Origin: Strigamia acuminata
Lineage: Eukaryota
Direction: 5' to 3'
Assembly: GCA_949358305.1 (NCBI GenBank)
Contig: OX442314.1
Coordinates: 29,822,001 to 29,886,000 of the forward strand
DNA length: 64,000 nt
Made by a program: the position numbers and the translations under genes. The notes below the pieces were generated by a model. It ran no database searches. It was not told where the DNA came from and worked only from the letters and a program-made list of their open reading frames with translations. Positions 1-9,624 of the stretch are shown piece after piece. Position 1 is the stretch's first letter, and every line of letters starts with the position of its first letter.

Positions 1-1163
1 ATCATGCCACCGCCGGCAATTGAAGTCGAAGTGCTGGGATCATTATGTTGCATAAATGTTACAGTTTACGGTTGCGACGCCGAAGGAGAACCCGCCGTTG
101 TGCAATTCAGTATCCTCCGGACAGGACCATGTGGTCTTTCTCGGTATGAACGTATTCCGTTACCGCAAGTAGCATCGTTGCTGTTGAGAATTAGTTCCTT
201 CACCGGATGGTGCCAAAGCAGTCTGTTTTACAGTAACCACGAGTAGCACCAAGTGTTTGGCCAGCTGATTCTCATGGTATTCGATGCCAAAGTAGTCGGT
301 CTATTATTAGTACCGCGAGAGATTATACTGCTGTGCGGAGCCGCGAGCTATCGACTCCTGTGTACGTGATACCGTCAATCGCCAGACGAACGACCGTGTC
401 GCGACGCAGGGGACGCTTGATACCGTTCTGCATTGCAAGGCGTATATTTTCTTTCGACGGCAATTGTGTGTTGCGACGGGAAGCCTAATCTTCATTTTAT
501 TTATAACAGCTAAATATTAACTTGGCGACAAGTTGATTAACCAAGTCAGAAGACTTAATTACGATCACGATTACATCAAAGACGCAAATGTAACTGATAA
601 GTTGATGACAACTTATCCACAAAAATATCTAAATAAGAATTCACAACTCCAATGAATTAAATATAATTCATAAGTGGAATATTGATAAGTAAATGAATAC
701 ATTTACTTAAACCAATATCCTCCCTAAGTTGTGGCGGTGCAGACAAAGTCAACCGCATTTCTCAGATCATTTGATTTATCGACGTGCGATAATTTACACA
801 AGCGAACCAAGAAACCAGCGAAGCCGTATCGGACTCCAGGACACAGCCATCCGGCTTAAGATGACATCTATAATCAGGTTGAGCGATGGGGAAACCGCTC
901 CCGCATCTCGGACCCGTAATGATATTATTATAGAGCCATTTGGCTAACTTGTTGTATAGTTTAAATAGTAAGTTAACTTGCCAAATGTCGGCAGTAGTCC
1001 TATGTATAATTTAGCCTTGATATTATTGTTTACCAACAATAAACTGTAGGGTATTGATAATTCTGTTGTCTATGGTTTATCTCATATTGTATTCACTGTA
1101 TTTGTATTTGCGATCTATTCCCGGTACCATTGTTAAATGGGAGTTGTGGTCGTCACCGTCACA
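1..1163 (+). repeat. 5' LTR (partial)
   Basis: Matches 12424-13586, with one substitution seen by eye (T772 vs C13195); ends ACCGTCACA, 2 nt before the PBS. Confidence 0.96.
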
Positions 1164-1165
1164 CG

Positions 1166-1184
1166 TGGAGGTCCCACCGAGATT
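1166..1184 (+). promoter_or_regulatory. Primer-binding site for tRNA-Gln
   Basis: TGGAGGTCCCACCGAGATT is the reverse complement of AATCTCGGTGGGACCT-CCA, the 3' end of metazoan tRNA-Gln as I recall it. Confidence 0.9.
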
Positions 1185-1641
1185 AGGTTGCAATTAAATT
1201 CGTTTGAATTGCAACAGTGAATATTGGAGATAAATATTTTAACTAAAAAATTAGTTAAAAGAACAGACAATTAGATTTTCAGTTTATATCTCCGTACGAA
1301 GAAAGTAAACTGATAAAATAGAATTACGTAGTGGATTTTTCCTTCATTATTTTCGCTCGAAAATTTAAGGGATCTCGAAGACTACCAACTAATCTCACAT
1401 GTGAAAGTTCCACTGAAGATTAGGATTTGCAATTAACTCGATAGAATTAAAAAAGTGAATTTTCTCGAGGAAAATGAATAATTCAAATTCTACACGAAAG
1501 AATTGCAACAAATTACTGTTAAGATCTATCACATGATGTTGAGATAAGTTTTAATCGAAGTTTTTCAAAATTCGGAGAATTGGAAATAACAAGAATTCGT
1601 AGAAGAAGTATATTTAGATATTTGCTTTATTCTTGAAAAGA

Positions 1642-1648
<7 letters not shown>

Positions 1649-1681
<33 letters not shown>
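1649..1681 (+). repeat. Poly(A) tract (33 A) in the 5' leader
   Basis: Uninterrupted A run. Confidence 0.95.
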
Positions 1682-1682
<1 letters not shown>

Positions 1683-1968
1683 AAGTCTAAACATGTTTTA
1701 CAAATCGCAAGAAAAAGAAAAACCTTGCAGAAAATGGAATTTCGAAGTAAGTCCAGTCTTTAAGAAAAGTTACAATAATTGGAAACAATTTACAAGAGTT
1801 GAAATGAATCTATTTTATTTTCATACAAATTTGGGAAAATATTTACAAATAATCTCTCGAAGGAATTTTATTTTATCGGTAAATTCTAAGATTTCGAAAG
1901 GAGCGGACTTAGAAGAGAACTGTTAAACGAACATACTACGTCTGACATTTTGTGGTTGATATTGAATC

Positions 1969-2047
1969 AGCCAATCAGGAGCTAGGAGATCTAGGGATCC
2001 CCAGCCCCCTACTATTAAAGAAGGATCAGATCAGTTATTGATCATTC
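1969..2047 (+). promoter_or_regulatory. Putative internal Pol II promoter upstream of gag
   Basis: AGCCAATCA (CCAAT 1971-1975), TATTAAA 2013-2019 and Inr-like TCATTC 2042-2047; -73 and -31 relative to A2044. Confidence 0.55.
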
Positions 2048-2175
2048 GCTTCCAGACCAGACTTACGAGACGTGCTACAGTAACTATTCTGACCGCACCA
2101 ACCGATTCTAGTTACGATTCGAAGTTTTCCCATCGCTAATTATTTTAAAGACAGATTCAATTATATTTTTATAAA

Positions 2176-4512
2176 ATGGATCCAAACAATCTTCCTAACG
2201 AAGAAAAAGTGGCTGAAGAAAAGGCCGTAGAAGAAATAGTTAGCTTGGATTCAAGTTATGTAAAACTTTGTGACCAAACGGAAATGATTCCCGATGAACT
2301 CACACAGTTCTGTACGCATTACGAACTAGATAGAACTCAGTTCAAAACCATAATCGAAGCTTCTGAATTTGTGACGAAGCGGGCGTTACGTAACATACGT
2401 ATTAATCCAACTCCAGAAAAACGAGCAGAACTTTCGAAGGAGAGTTCGGCGAACCATAATTCTGGAAAGGACCCAATCCCGTCGCCAAGAGATCTGTCTG
2501 AAGAAAACAGATCACGATCTAAAACTCCACAACGTAAGTTGGGAGATCAAGCAAGAATTAAAACTCCGTCGGTTCGTAACCAAGATATTCGAGAATTATT
2601 TCGAACATCAAGCAAGGAATCGCTTGATCAGTCCAGTTTAGGAAATAGAACTCCTCACTCCCGCAACGCCAGTTACCACAATACTCCAAGTATTTCTGAG
2701 GTAGGAGGATCCAATTTTTCAACTTTTCAACCTGAAAATGCTAAAAAGCAACCCAATCCACATATTTATACGGAGAATGGGACGAGACATTTTGCCAAAC
2801 AAACCCCTAGAGGGCGAGGCAATAAATCCGCCATTCGACGGAAATTATCTCCACTACCATCTCCAGTCTTACCTCAAACTCGACAAGAACAATTGAGATT
2901 AGACGAAGTGGAAAAGGAACGAATTAGGCTGGAAGCAATTAATCAAAAACAGATTAACGACGAAAAGATTCGCCAAGATAAACTTGAAGGAGAAGTTGTC
3001 AATCAAAACGAAGTTCGTAAGTCGATAGACACAAACGATAAAATTCTAATTGATCAATTACGGGCTCAATGGCGACAGGAACACGATGAAAAGTTCCAAA
3101 AGCAACAAGATCAATACAATAAGAAGTGGGCGGAAGTGAACAGAATTGAAGACAATCAACGCAAGCGGGAGAAAACCTTACAGGAAAGCATCCGGCTAAA
3201 TCTCGCGGCGTCCACTCGGGCTAGCCATGGTAGTGAACCCCGAGACCAGACAAATCCGTCACGTGCATCTACCGATGACATTCCAAGCTCACATTTCTCG
3301 GCAGAAAGTTCTACAGAAACTAGACTTCCCTCTGACGGAACTAATATTTCATTTGACTATATTTTGAAAATGCAACAAAATATGGCCGCCCAATTCCAAA
3401 AACAATTGGATAGTCGAATAGATACATTCGTTCAAACTCAACAAACAACTGGGCCGCAACGATCTAATAATCCAGGACCCAGTAAAGTCTTTTTCAAAGG
3501 ACAAGACCTTCCAGTTTTCGATGGAAAACAGGAGGATATAGATAAATTTTTATCAGTAGCTAAAACTGTAGCTATTTCAAAGGGATTAACTCTGGACGAA
3601 ATGGTTAATCAAGGTATTCCCACCTATTTGTCCGGATTAGCCCAACAATGGTATGACGAGAATAAAACCAAGTTTACCAACTGGGAAACCTTCGTAGAAT
3701 TATTTCGTGAAGAATTCGACATGATTCCAACTACTCGACTCCGAAATTTACGAAAAGTAATCCAAGGAGACGATGAACCTTTATATGAATTTCTAGTCAG
3801 ATTCACTAAAGCCCAAGGATCGTACTCCGAAAGAGGAAATGTTGCCACACTTTTCGACAACTTGAATTGGACAAGTTACAATAGATTAATCGATCGAAAT
3901 CTATACAGGAGCGATTCAGTAGACAAAATCTTTCAATTCGTACGAACGAATAGAGCACTCTTTGAACCCCAAAGAATTCGTACAGAAAATTCTAAGGAAA
4001 TTGATAAAGTGGTATCTAACAACCAGAAGTATTCTAAAGATACCAAAAGCACGAGACCTGCTGCTCGATCCACTCAAATGATGGAAATAGAGTCGGAAGA
4101 AGAAATCATGGAAGTCAATGAGTTGACAGAGAATAATGTATCAATGGATAATTTATTATGTGCCATGTCGGAAAATCAGACAGGGAAATGTTTTCATTGT
4201 AAACAACCAGGTCATTTCAAAAGAGAATGTCCTCTGCTTCCAAAGCGAAAATTTAGCAATAATTTCCCTGGAAATAATAATTCCAATAACAATAGCGCTA
4301 ATCAGCAGCCGAACGAATTTAAGCGACCACGCCAAAATTGGGTAACTGCCGAAGCTATTGATCAAAAAATGGAAGAGTTAAAAACTGATATGAATAACAG
4401 TATGCAAACAACGATAAGTAAGACAGTGTCGGATTTATTTAGTAAATTCTTAGACCCGAAGAACGCTACTACGGCACCAATTACTGAAACCCCACCGGTT
4501 CCAAAAAACTAG
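2176..4512 (+). CDS. gag: Gag polyprotein, 778 aa: long disordered/coiled-coil N-terminus, capsid-like region, CCHC zinc knuckle
   Basis: LPVFDG...YLSGLAQQWY...WETFVELFREEF capsid pattern; CFHCKQPGHFKREC knuckle at 4189-4230; lies between PBS and pol. Confidence 0.95.
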   Translation: MDPNNLPNEEKVAEEKAVEEIVSLDSSYVKLCDQTEMIPDELTQFCTHYELDRTQFKTIIEASEFVTKRALRNIRINPTPEKRAELSKESSANHNSGKDPIPSPRDLSEENRSRSKTPQRKLGDQARIKTPSVRNQDIRELFRTSSKESLDQSSLGNRTPHSRNASYHNTPSISEVGGSNFSTFQPENAKKQPNPHIYTENGTRHFAKQTPRGRGNKSAIRRKLSPLPSPVLPQTRQEQLRLDEVEKERIRLEAINQKQINDEKIRQDKLEGEVVNQNEVRKSIDTNDKILIDQLRAQWRQEHDEKFQKQQDQYNKKWAEVNRIEDNQRKREKTLQESIRLNLAASTRASHGSEPRDQTNPSRASTDDIPSSHFSAESSTETRLPSDGTNISFDYILKMQQNMAAQFQKQLDSRIDTFVQTQQTTGPQRSNNPGPSKVFFKGQDLPVFDGKQEDIDKFLSVAKTVAISKGLTLDEMVNQGIPTYLSGLAQQWYDENKTKFTNWETFVELFREEFDMIPTTRLRNLRKVIQGDDEPLYEFLVRFTKAQGSYSERGNVATLFDNLNWTSYNRLIDRNLYRSDSVDKIFQFVRTNRALFEPQRIRTENSKEIDKVVSNNQKYSKDTKSTRPAARSTQMMEIESEEEIMEVNELTENNVSMDNLLCAMSENQTGKCFHCKQPGHFKRECPLLPKRKFSNNFPGNNNSNNNSANQQPNEFKRPRQNWVTAEAIDQKMEELKTDMNNSMQTTISKTVSDLFSKFLDPKNATTAPITETPPVPKN

Positions 4513-4534
4513 TGGCGGGGGTCCTCGAGCCCCC
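4503..4534 (+). promoter_or_regulatory. -1 programmed ribosomal frameshift signal (gag to pol)
   Basis: Heptamer A AAA AAC (4503-4509) in the gag frame just before the TAG; 7-nt spacer; GGGGG(4517-4521)/CCCCC(4530-4534) stem; pol is in the -1 frame and has no ATG at its start. Confidence 0.88.
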
Positions 4535-7500
4535 TATTAATAATTCCGAAGGAATTTTACCACCAGACTTGGAACAAGCACTTTCCGAAACTTTGGATAA
4601 TTTAACTATTCAAGATAAAGAAATTAAGCGTGCTCGTCCTAACCGGAAGACACGGAAAAGGAACTGGAATTATAAGTTTAAAATCGCATCAAATACGCCC
4701 TTTTCGGCAGAGGAGACAGCAAACCCGTTCTTGAATTTTCACGACGACCTGTTTTCTCTAGATAAGGGGGACGAATCTTTAGCTAGATTGATACAAGATA
4801 CATCCAATCTTAATATTCGTGATGAATCCACCAGTTCTAGTGGAGGAGTATTCGAGAATTTACAATCAATGATTGATAATCTGAATCCCGACTCCAAATC
4901 CTCCAGATTTGCGAGATTAAAATCTTACATTAACGAGAATCAGTTAAAACGAAAAGATGGCATCGAACGAATTAATAAATTGGGAAATCACATCGACGAC
5001 CCCCGAATGAAAATTACAATAGGTGGACTCACCTACAATGCTTTGATGGACTCAGGAGCCACACAGTGTTTTATTGGGTTGCAATTACTAAGTAAAACTT
5101 GTGCATCTCCCGATTTCATACAAGATTGTCCAAAACACATGAGAGTTTGTGCAGTTGGAGTTACTCATATTCCACTAGGACAAATTACTTTGTGTGTACA
5201 ATGGGCAGATGGAGCAGAATTCACACCAATAAATTTTATCATTTTGGATAATAATGTGTGTGGATTAATTATCGGACATAATTTTATGCGCCGAACCAAA
5301 ATTAATTTAAATCCAGCACGAGCTGTATTTACTTGCGACAGCAAGTCCGACTGGACTGCACCCTACGAAACTGACGAGTTAAATTGTAATTTAGCTCGAG
5401 TACAAGTGTTGACTGACAACGCAACAGCCACACACACGCCAGATAATTGGGAAGAATTGCTGGTAAAGGATTGTGACTGTTCAGATGAGGAAAAAAGTAA
5501 ATTACGCGAAGTAATTGCTAGTGTTAAGAACGTCTTTAGAGATAAAGTCGGATGTACTAACATAATAAAGCATAAGATCACCTTTAAAAAGGATGTAACG
5601 TGGAAAAAACAACCATTTCGAATGTATAACCCTGCTAAAATAGCCATTATGACTAAATTAGTAGAAGAATTAGAAGCGGATAATTTGATCGAAAGAGCTA
5701 CTGGACCTTACATAAGTCATCCAGTGATCGTAGCCAAACCAAATGGTACTTATCGTTTATGTATCGATTATCGGTGGTTGAATGCAATCACCGAAATCAA
5801 CGCCATTCAAATGCCAAGTATTGATTTGTTACTCCACAATACAAATCAGGCAAAATATTTCACGTCTCTTGACCTTACCAAAGGTTATTATCAGGTCGAG
5901 ATGGACGAGGAAGATAGACAGAAAACAGCCTTTTATACTCCGAAAGGCAATTACCAATTTGTCCGCATGCCTTTTGGTCTTTGCAATGCGCCATGTACAT
6001 TTCAGTTCTTAATGGAACGAGTGATGGGCGAAGCATTATACAAACACGCGTTAGTCTATTTGGACGACGTGATAATCTTCTCCACCACTTGGGAGAAACA
6101 TCTTGAACATATCAAAGATGTGTTGGAAAGACTAGATAAAGCCAACTTATCAGTAAATAAGGAAAAATCAAAATTTGGAAAAACTACACTCAAATTTTTG
6201 GGTCATTTGATAACTCCAACCGGATTAGCACCTGACCCAGACAAGATAGTATCCGTTAGGAAATATCCAACTCCTAAGAATTCCAAGGATATTCAACGAT
6301 TTCATGGCTTGTCAAATTTCTTCCGGAAATTTATTCCCGAACATGCAAAAATTGCTAGGCCTCTAACTAGCATGATGCATGATAAAGCAGTGTTCGAATG
6401 GGGAGAAGAACAAGAGAAAGCTTTTGAAACAATAAAAAATATTTTATGTGACGAAACACAGGTTTTGTTAATGCCAGATATGATGAAACCATTCGTAATC
6501 TTGACAGACGCATCGCATGATGGACTTGGTAGTGTGTTATGCCAAGATGTAGAATTCTTCGATGAAGGAAAAAGAGAAATGATCATGACTCCTAGACCCG
6601 TAGCTTATGCTAGTCGAGTCTTACGAGGGGCAGAAGTACGCTACTCAACACCCGAACTCGAGTGTTTAGCAGTAGTGTGGGCAGTCGACAAATTCCGACC
6701 GTATATCGAATATACGACATTTACTTTGGAATCAGACGCCGAAGCATTAAAATGGCTGATGGGAACACCAGAACCATCGGGACGATTTGGTCGTTGGGCA
6801 ATTAAACTTCAATGTGGCGCCTTTAAGATTAAATATCGACGAGGTACCCAGAACCAAGTTGCCGACGCCTTCTCGAGAGCGCCTTTGGAGATCGAAGACA
6901 TTCCAGAGAATGATTATTGTGAGCCAATCGAGATTACTCAATTCTGGCCAGAATGGGACGGAAATCGAGAAATTATTCGAAGGAATAATAGAGAAGATTG
7001 CCAATTTCTCACGAATGTGCAGCTTCATTTCGATTATTCCAAATTATTATACAATACTTTGGAAAAGGGGGAGAAGATGGATGAAGCTACAGAAGAAACA
7101 CTATTTAGTGCTTTAACTGAAGTTTTAAAGGAAGTTCCACCGACTCGAGAAGAAATTATAAAAGCTCAACTAGCCGACAAAGAGTGTAGAATAATAATCG
7201 ATCATCTGAAACGAGATGAAATCGAACAAAGAAAGTTTAAGAAAACTAAAGAATGGATGAAAGCAGTCCAAGGTTACCAATTAGATTTTCAAGAAGAAAA
7301 TGGTAATGAAATGCTGATTTATTTCAAACCAACGTTTGAAGAGGAATTGAATGACTCTGGAAACGGGTTTAAAGCTGTCATTCCACCGTCATTAGTACGA
7401 AGAGTACTGTTTGCCTGTCACGGACATCCATTAAGTGGACATGCAGGGATGAGTAAGACGCTCGAACGAGCAAAACTTATATATTACTGGCCGAAGATGA

Positions 7501-8804
7501 ATAAAGATACTCGCAATTACGTCCGAAGTTGTATTCATTGCCAGCAATACAAGCCCTGTCAACATAAGAAGCATAGAGCGAGTTACACTCCTCATAACAT
7601 GTCTTACCCGTGGGAAGTAATCTGCATTGATTTAATGGGTCCCAAACCGACAGGAAGAAGCCAATACAGATTTGTATTAGTAATTATAGATCAATGTACT
7701 AAATGGGTAGAATTATTCCCTTTAAGTAAGGCATCTAGTGAATCTATTGTGAATAGGTTAGGAGAAGTGATTCATAGATGGGGATACCCAAAGAAAATTG
7801 TTAGTGATAACGGGAGCCAATTCATATCCACGATTTATGAAGAGTTTTGTAAAAAACACAACATCAGAATGGCTCATGTGAGTCCATATCACGCTCAGGC
7901 CAATCCTACGGAAAGGGCCAATAGAGACATCAAAATAATGCTGGCTCTTTATTCAGACATTCACTCCCATTGGCCGAGATTCTTAAACGAATTTGCATTT
8001 GCCTCGAGAACGGCTAAATCAGAAGCTACAGGCGCAACGCCATTCTTATTGAACACAGGAAGAAATGTACCTCTTCCCTTTGATCCTCGGATCATTCAAC
8101 ATGCAAATGCATTTGACAAGAATAACCCAGAAGAATACGTATATAATTTACTTGGAATTTTACGTCGAGCACATCAAGAGATGCATTTGCGTATTCAAGC
8201 AAATTATGAGAGACACGACAAGATTCACAGAAATAAATTTCACATTTGTGAATATACTGTCGGTGATTTGGTATGGAAAGCCACTCACATTCTTTCAAAT
8301 AAAGAAAAAGGAATTACTAAAGGTTTCGCAGAGAAACGAGATGGACCATGGGAAATTACGGAAGTTTTACCTGGAGGTGCTTATAAGTTGAGAAAATTAG
8401 TTGATGGATCAATAGAACCATCCATAAATACTGATGATCTCTCACCTTATATCCCATCTTACCCGATTGAGACTTGGACACTCGACCAAAAGAGTGGAAG
8501 AGTAGAGAATCACCCAAACCCTGATTGGATGAACGAAAGTTCAATCGTAAATAATTCAAGTGAATTAAATAATCAAGAATTAGGAAATAATTCTGCTAAT
8601 ATGGAATTAGATCCCGAAGAAGTTACGACACCCGCTTCAAAAGAAAGCGACATCGTAGTTAATAATCCAAAACATGATTATAACCTTAGGAAAAGGAAAA
8701 GAAGTTGTGAACTTCCACAAATGCAACCTCGTACGAAGCGAATTTCTACGACAGATCAAGAATACACAACAGATTTTATACATCTGATTCAAGATCGCCG
8801 CTAG
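4512..8804 (+). CDS. pol: Pol polyprotein (aspartic protease, reverse transcriptase, RNase H, integrase), probably expressed as a Gag-Pol fusion
   Basis: ALMDSGA protease site (~5049); RLCIDYR, LDLTKGYYQ, MPFGLCNAP, YLDD (6057-6068); LTDAS...ELECLA RNase H; HHCC finger, IDLMGP...SDNG...TERANR DDE core and DGPW (GPY/F-like) integrase; no internal stops. Confidence 0.98.
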   Translation: MAGVLEPPINNSEGILPPDLEQALSETLDNLTIQDKEIKRARPNRKTRKRNWNYKFKIASNTPFSAEETANPFLNFHDDLFSLDKGDESLARLIQDTSNLNIRDESTSSSGGVFENLQSMIDNLNPDSKSSRFARLKSYINENQLKRKDGIERINKLGNHIDDPRMKITIGGLTYNALMDSGATQCFIGLQLLSKTCASPDFIQDCPKHMRVCAVGVTHIPLGQITLCVQWADGAEFTPINFIILDNNVCGLIIGHNFMRRTKINLNPARAVFTCDSKSDWTAPYETDELNCNLARVQVLTDNATATHTPDNWEELLVKDCDCSDEEKSKLREVIASVKNVFRDKVGCTNIIKHKITFKKDVTWKKQPFRMYNPAKIAIMTKLVEELEADNLIERATGPYISHPVIVAKPNGTYRLCIDYRWLNAITEINAIQMPSIDLLLHNTNQAKYFTSLDLTKGYYQVEMDEEDRQKTAFYTPKGNYQFVRMPFGLCNAPCTFQFLMERVMGEALYKHALVYLDDVIIFSTTWEKHLEHIKDVLERLDKANLSVNKEKSKFGKTTLKFLGHLITPTGLAPDPDKIVSVRKYPTPKNSKDIQRFHGLSNFFRKFIPEHAKIARPLTSMMHDKAVFEWGEEQEKAFETIKNILCDETQVLLMPDMMKPFVILTDASHDGLGSVLCQDVEFFDEGKREMIMTPRPVAYASRVLRGAEVRYSTPELECLAVVWAVDKFRPYIEYTTFTLESDAEALKWLMGTPEPSGRFGRWAIKLQCGAFKIKYRRGTQNQVADAFSRAPLEIEDIPENDYCEPIEITQFWPEWDGNREIIRRNNREDCQFLTNVQLHFDYSKLLYNTLEKGEKMDEATEETLFSALTEVLKEVPPTREEIIKAQLADKECRIIIDHLKRDEIEQRKFKKTKEWMKAVQGYQLDFQEENGNEMLIYFKPTFEEELNDSGNGFKAVIPPSLVRRVLFACHGHPLSGHAGMSKTLERAKLIYYWPKMNKDTRNYVRSCIHCQQYKPCQHKKHRASYTPHNMSYPWEVICIDLMGPKPTGRSQYRFVLVIIDQCTKWVELFPLSKASSESIVNRLGEVIHRWGYPKKIVSDNGSQFISTIYEEFCKKHNIRMAHVSPYHAQANPTERANRDIKIMLALYSDIHSHWPRFLNEFAFASRTAKSEATGATPFLLNTGRNVPLPFDPRIIQHANAFDKNNPEEYVYNLLGILRRAHQEMHLRIQANYERHDKIHRNKFHICEYTVGDLVWKATHILSNKEKGITKGFAEKRDGPWEITEVLPGGAYKLRKLVDGSIEPSINTDDLSPYIPSYPIETWTLDQKSGRVENHPNPDWMNESSIVNNSSELNNQELGNNSANMELDPEEVTTPASKESDIVVNNPKHDYNLRKRKRSCELPQMQPRTKRISTTDQEYTTDFIHLIQDRR

Positions 8805-9624
8805 TGATAGCGTATTTTTTTAAATAAAATATAAAGTATTTAAAAGATAAAAAATCGGGTCACTTTTGACCCACAAATTAGTCATGGTTAAATCATAAAC
8901 CTATAGGAGAATATGGTGAAAATACCCCGGGTAGAGAGTAGAGGATTTGTTCTCTCACAAGCTTCACACACATGTGCGAGTCAACTTTGACACCTGCGTC
9001 GATAGAAAAGTTCGTCGCGATTTCTTTCAAGAAAACCTCGAGATTCGTGGTAAGACTCATGTATTACCAGTAAACTCGGAAATTATGTGTCAGGACTTAA
9101 TGTTATAATCCTTTCATGATAGAAAAGGACGAGAGAAAACTTCGGTGATTAATTTCGTCTGAAAGAGACGAACACGTGACCTCGGCGTGAAGAAGAAAAT
9201 TTCTCCTTCGAGAAAATTCGAAATATCATCACGACAGTTCAACGTTTACTAGAGTGTTACGTGTAAGTAATGATAAATTTAATATATCAAGAGATATTCA
9301 CGGCTATTTTATATATAAAATTAGGATTTCTACGTTGGCGGAGAACACCTTCGCTAAAAACAACGAGTTTTGTCAATTAGAAAATCGGCACCACATCATT
9401 GTGAATACTTAAGTGGATTCCGGAGATTCCTAGTGTAAGTATTTCAAAGATAAGTTTATCAAGAATATTACGAATAGTAGAAAAAGCCGCACGTAAAAAT
9501 CCCGATATAAAAAATATATCGAAACCATCGAGAAAGTTGATAAATTTTCACGATAGATGGCGGTATAAATTTTGTTAAATAAATCGTATTGATAAGATTC
9601 TCTATATTATTTTCTCTAGAAAAA

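Noticed and set aside
4..947. Short ORFs in the LTR (80, 62 and 72 aa; repeated at 12427-13370)
   Set aside because: No recognisable motifs; they recur only because the LTRs are near-identical
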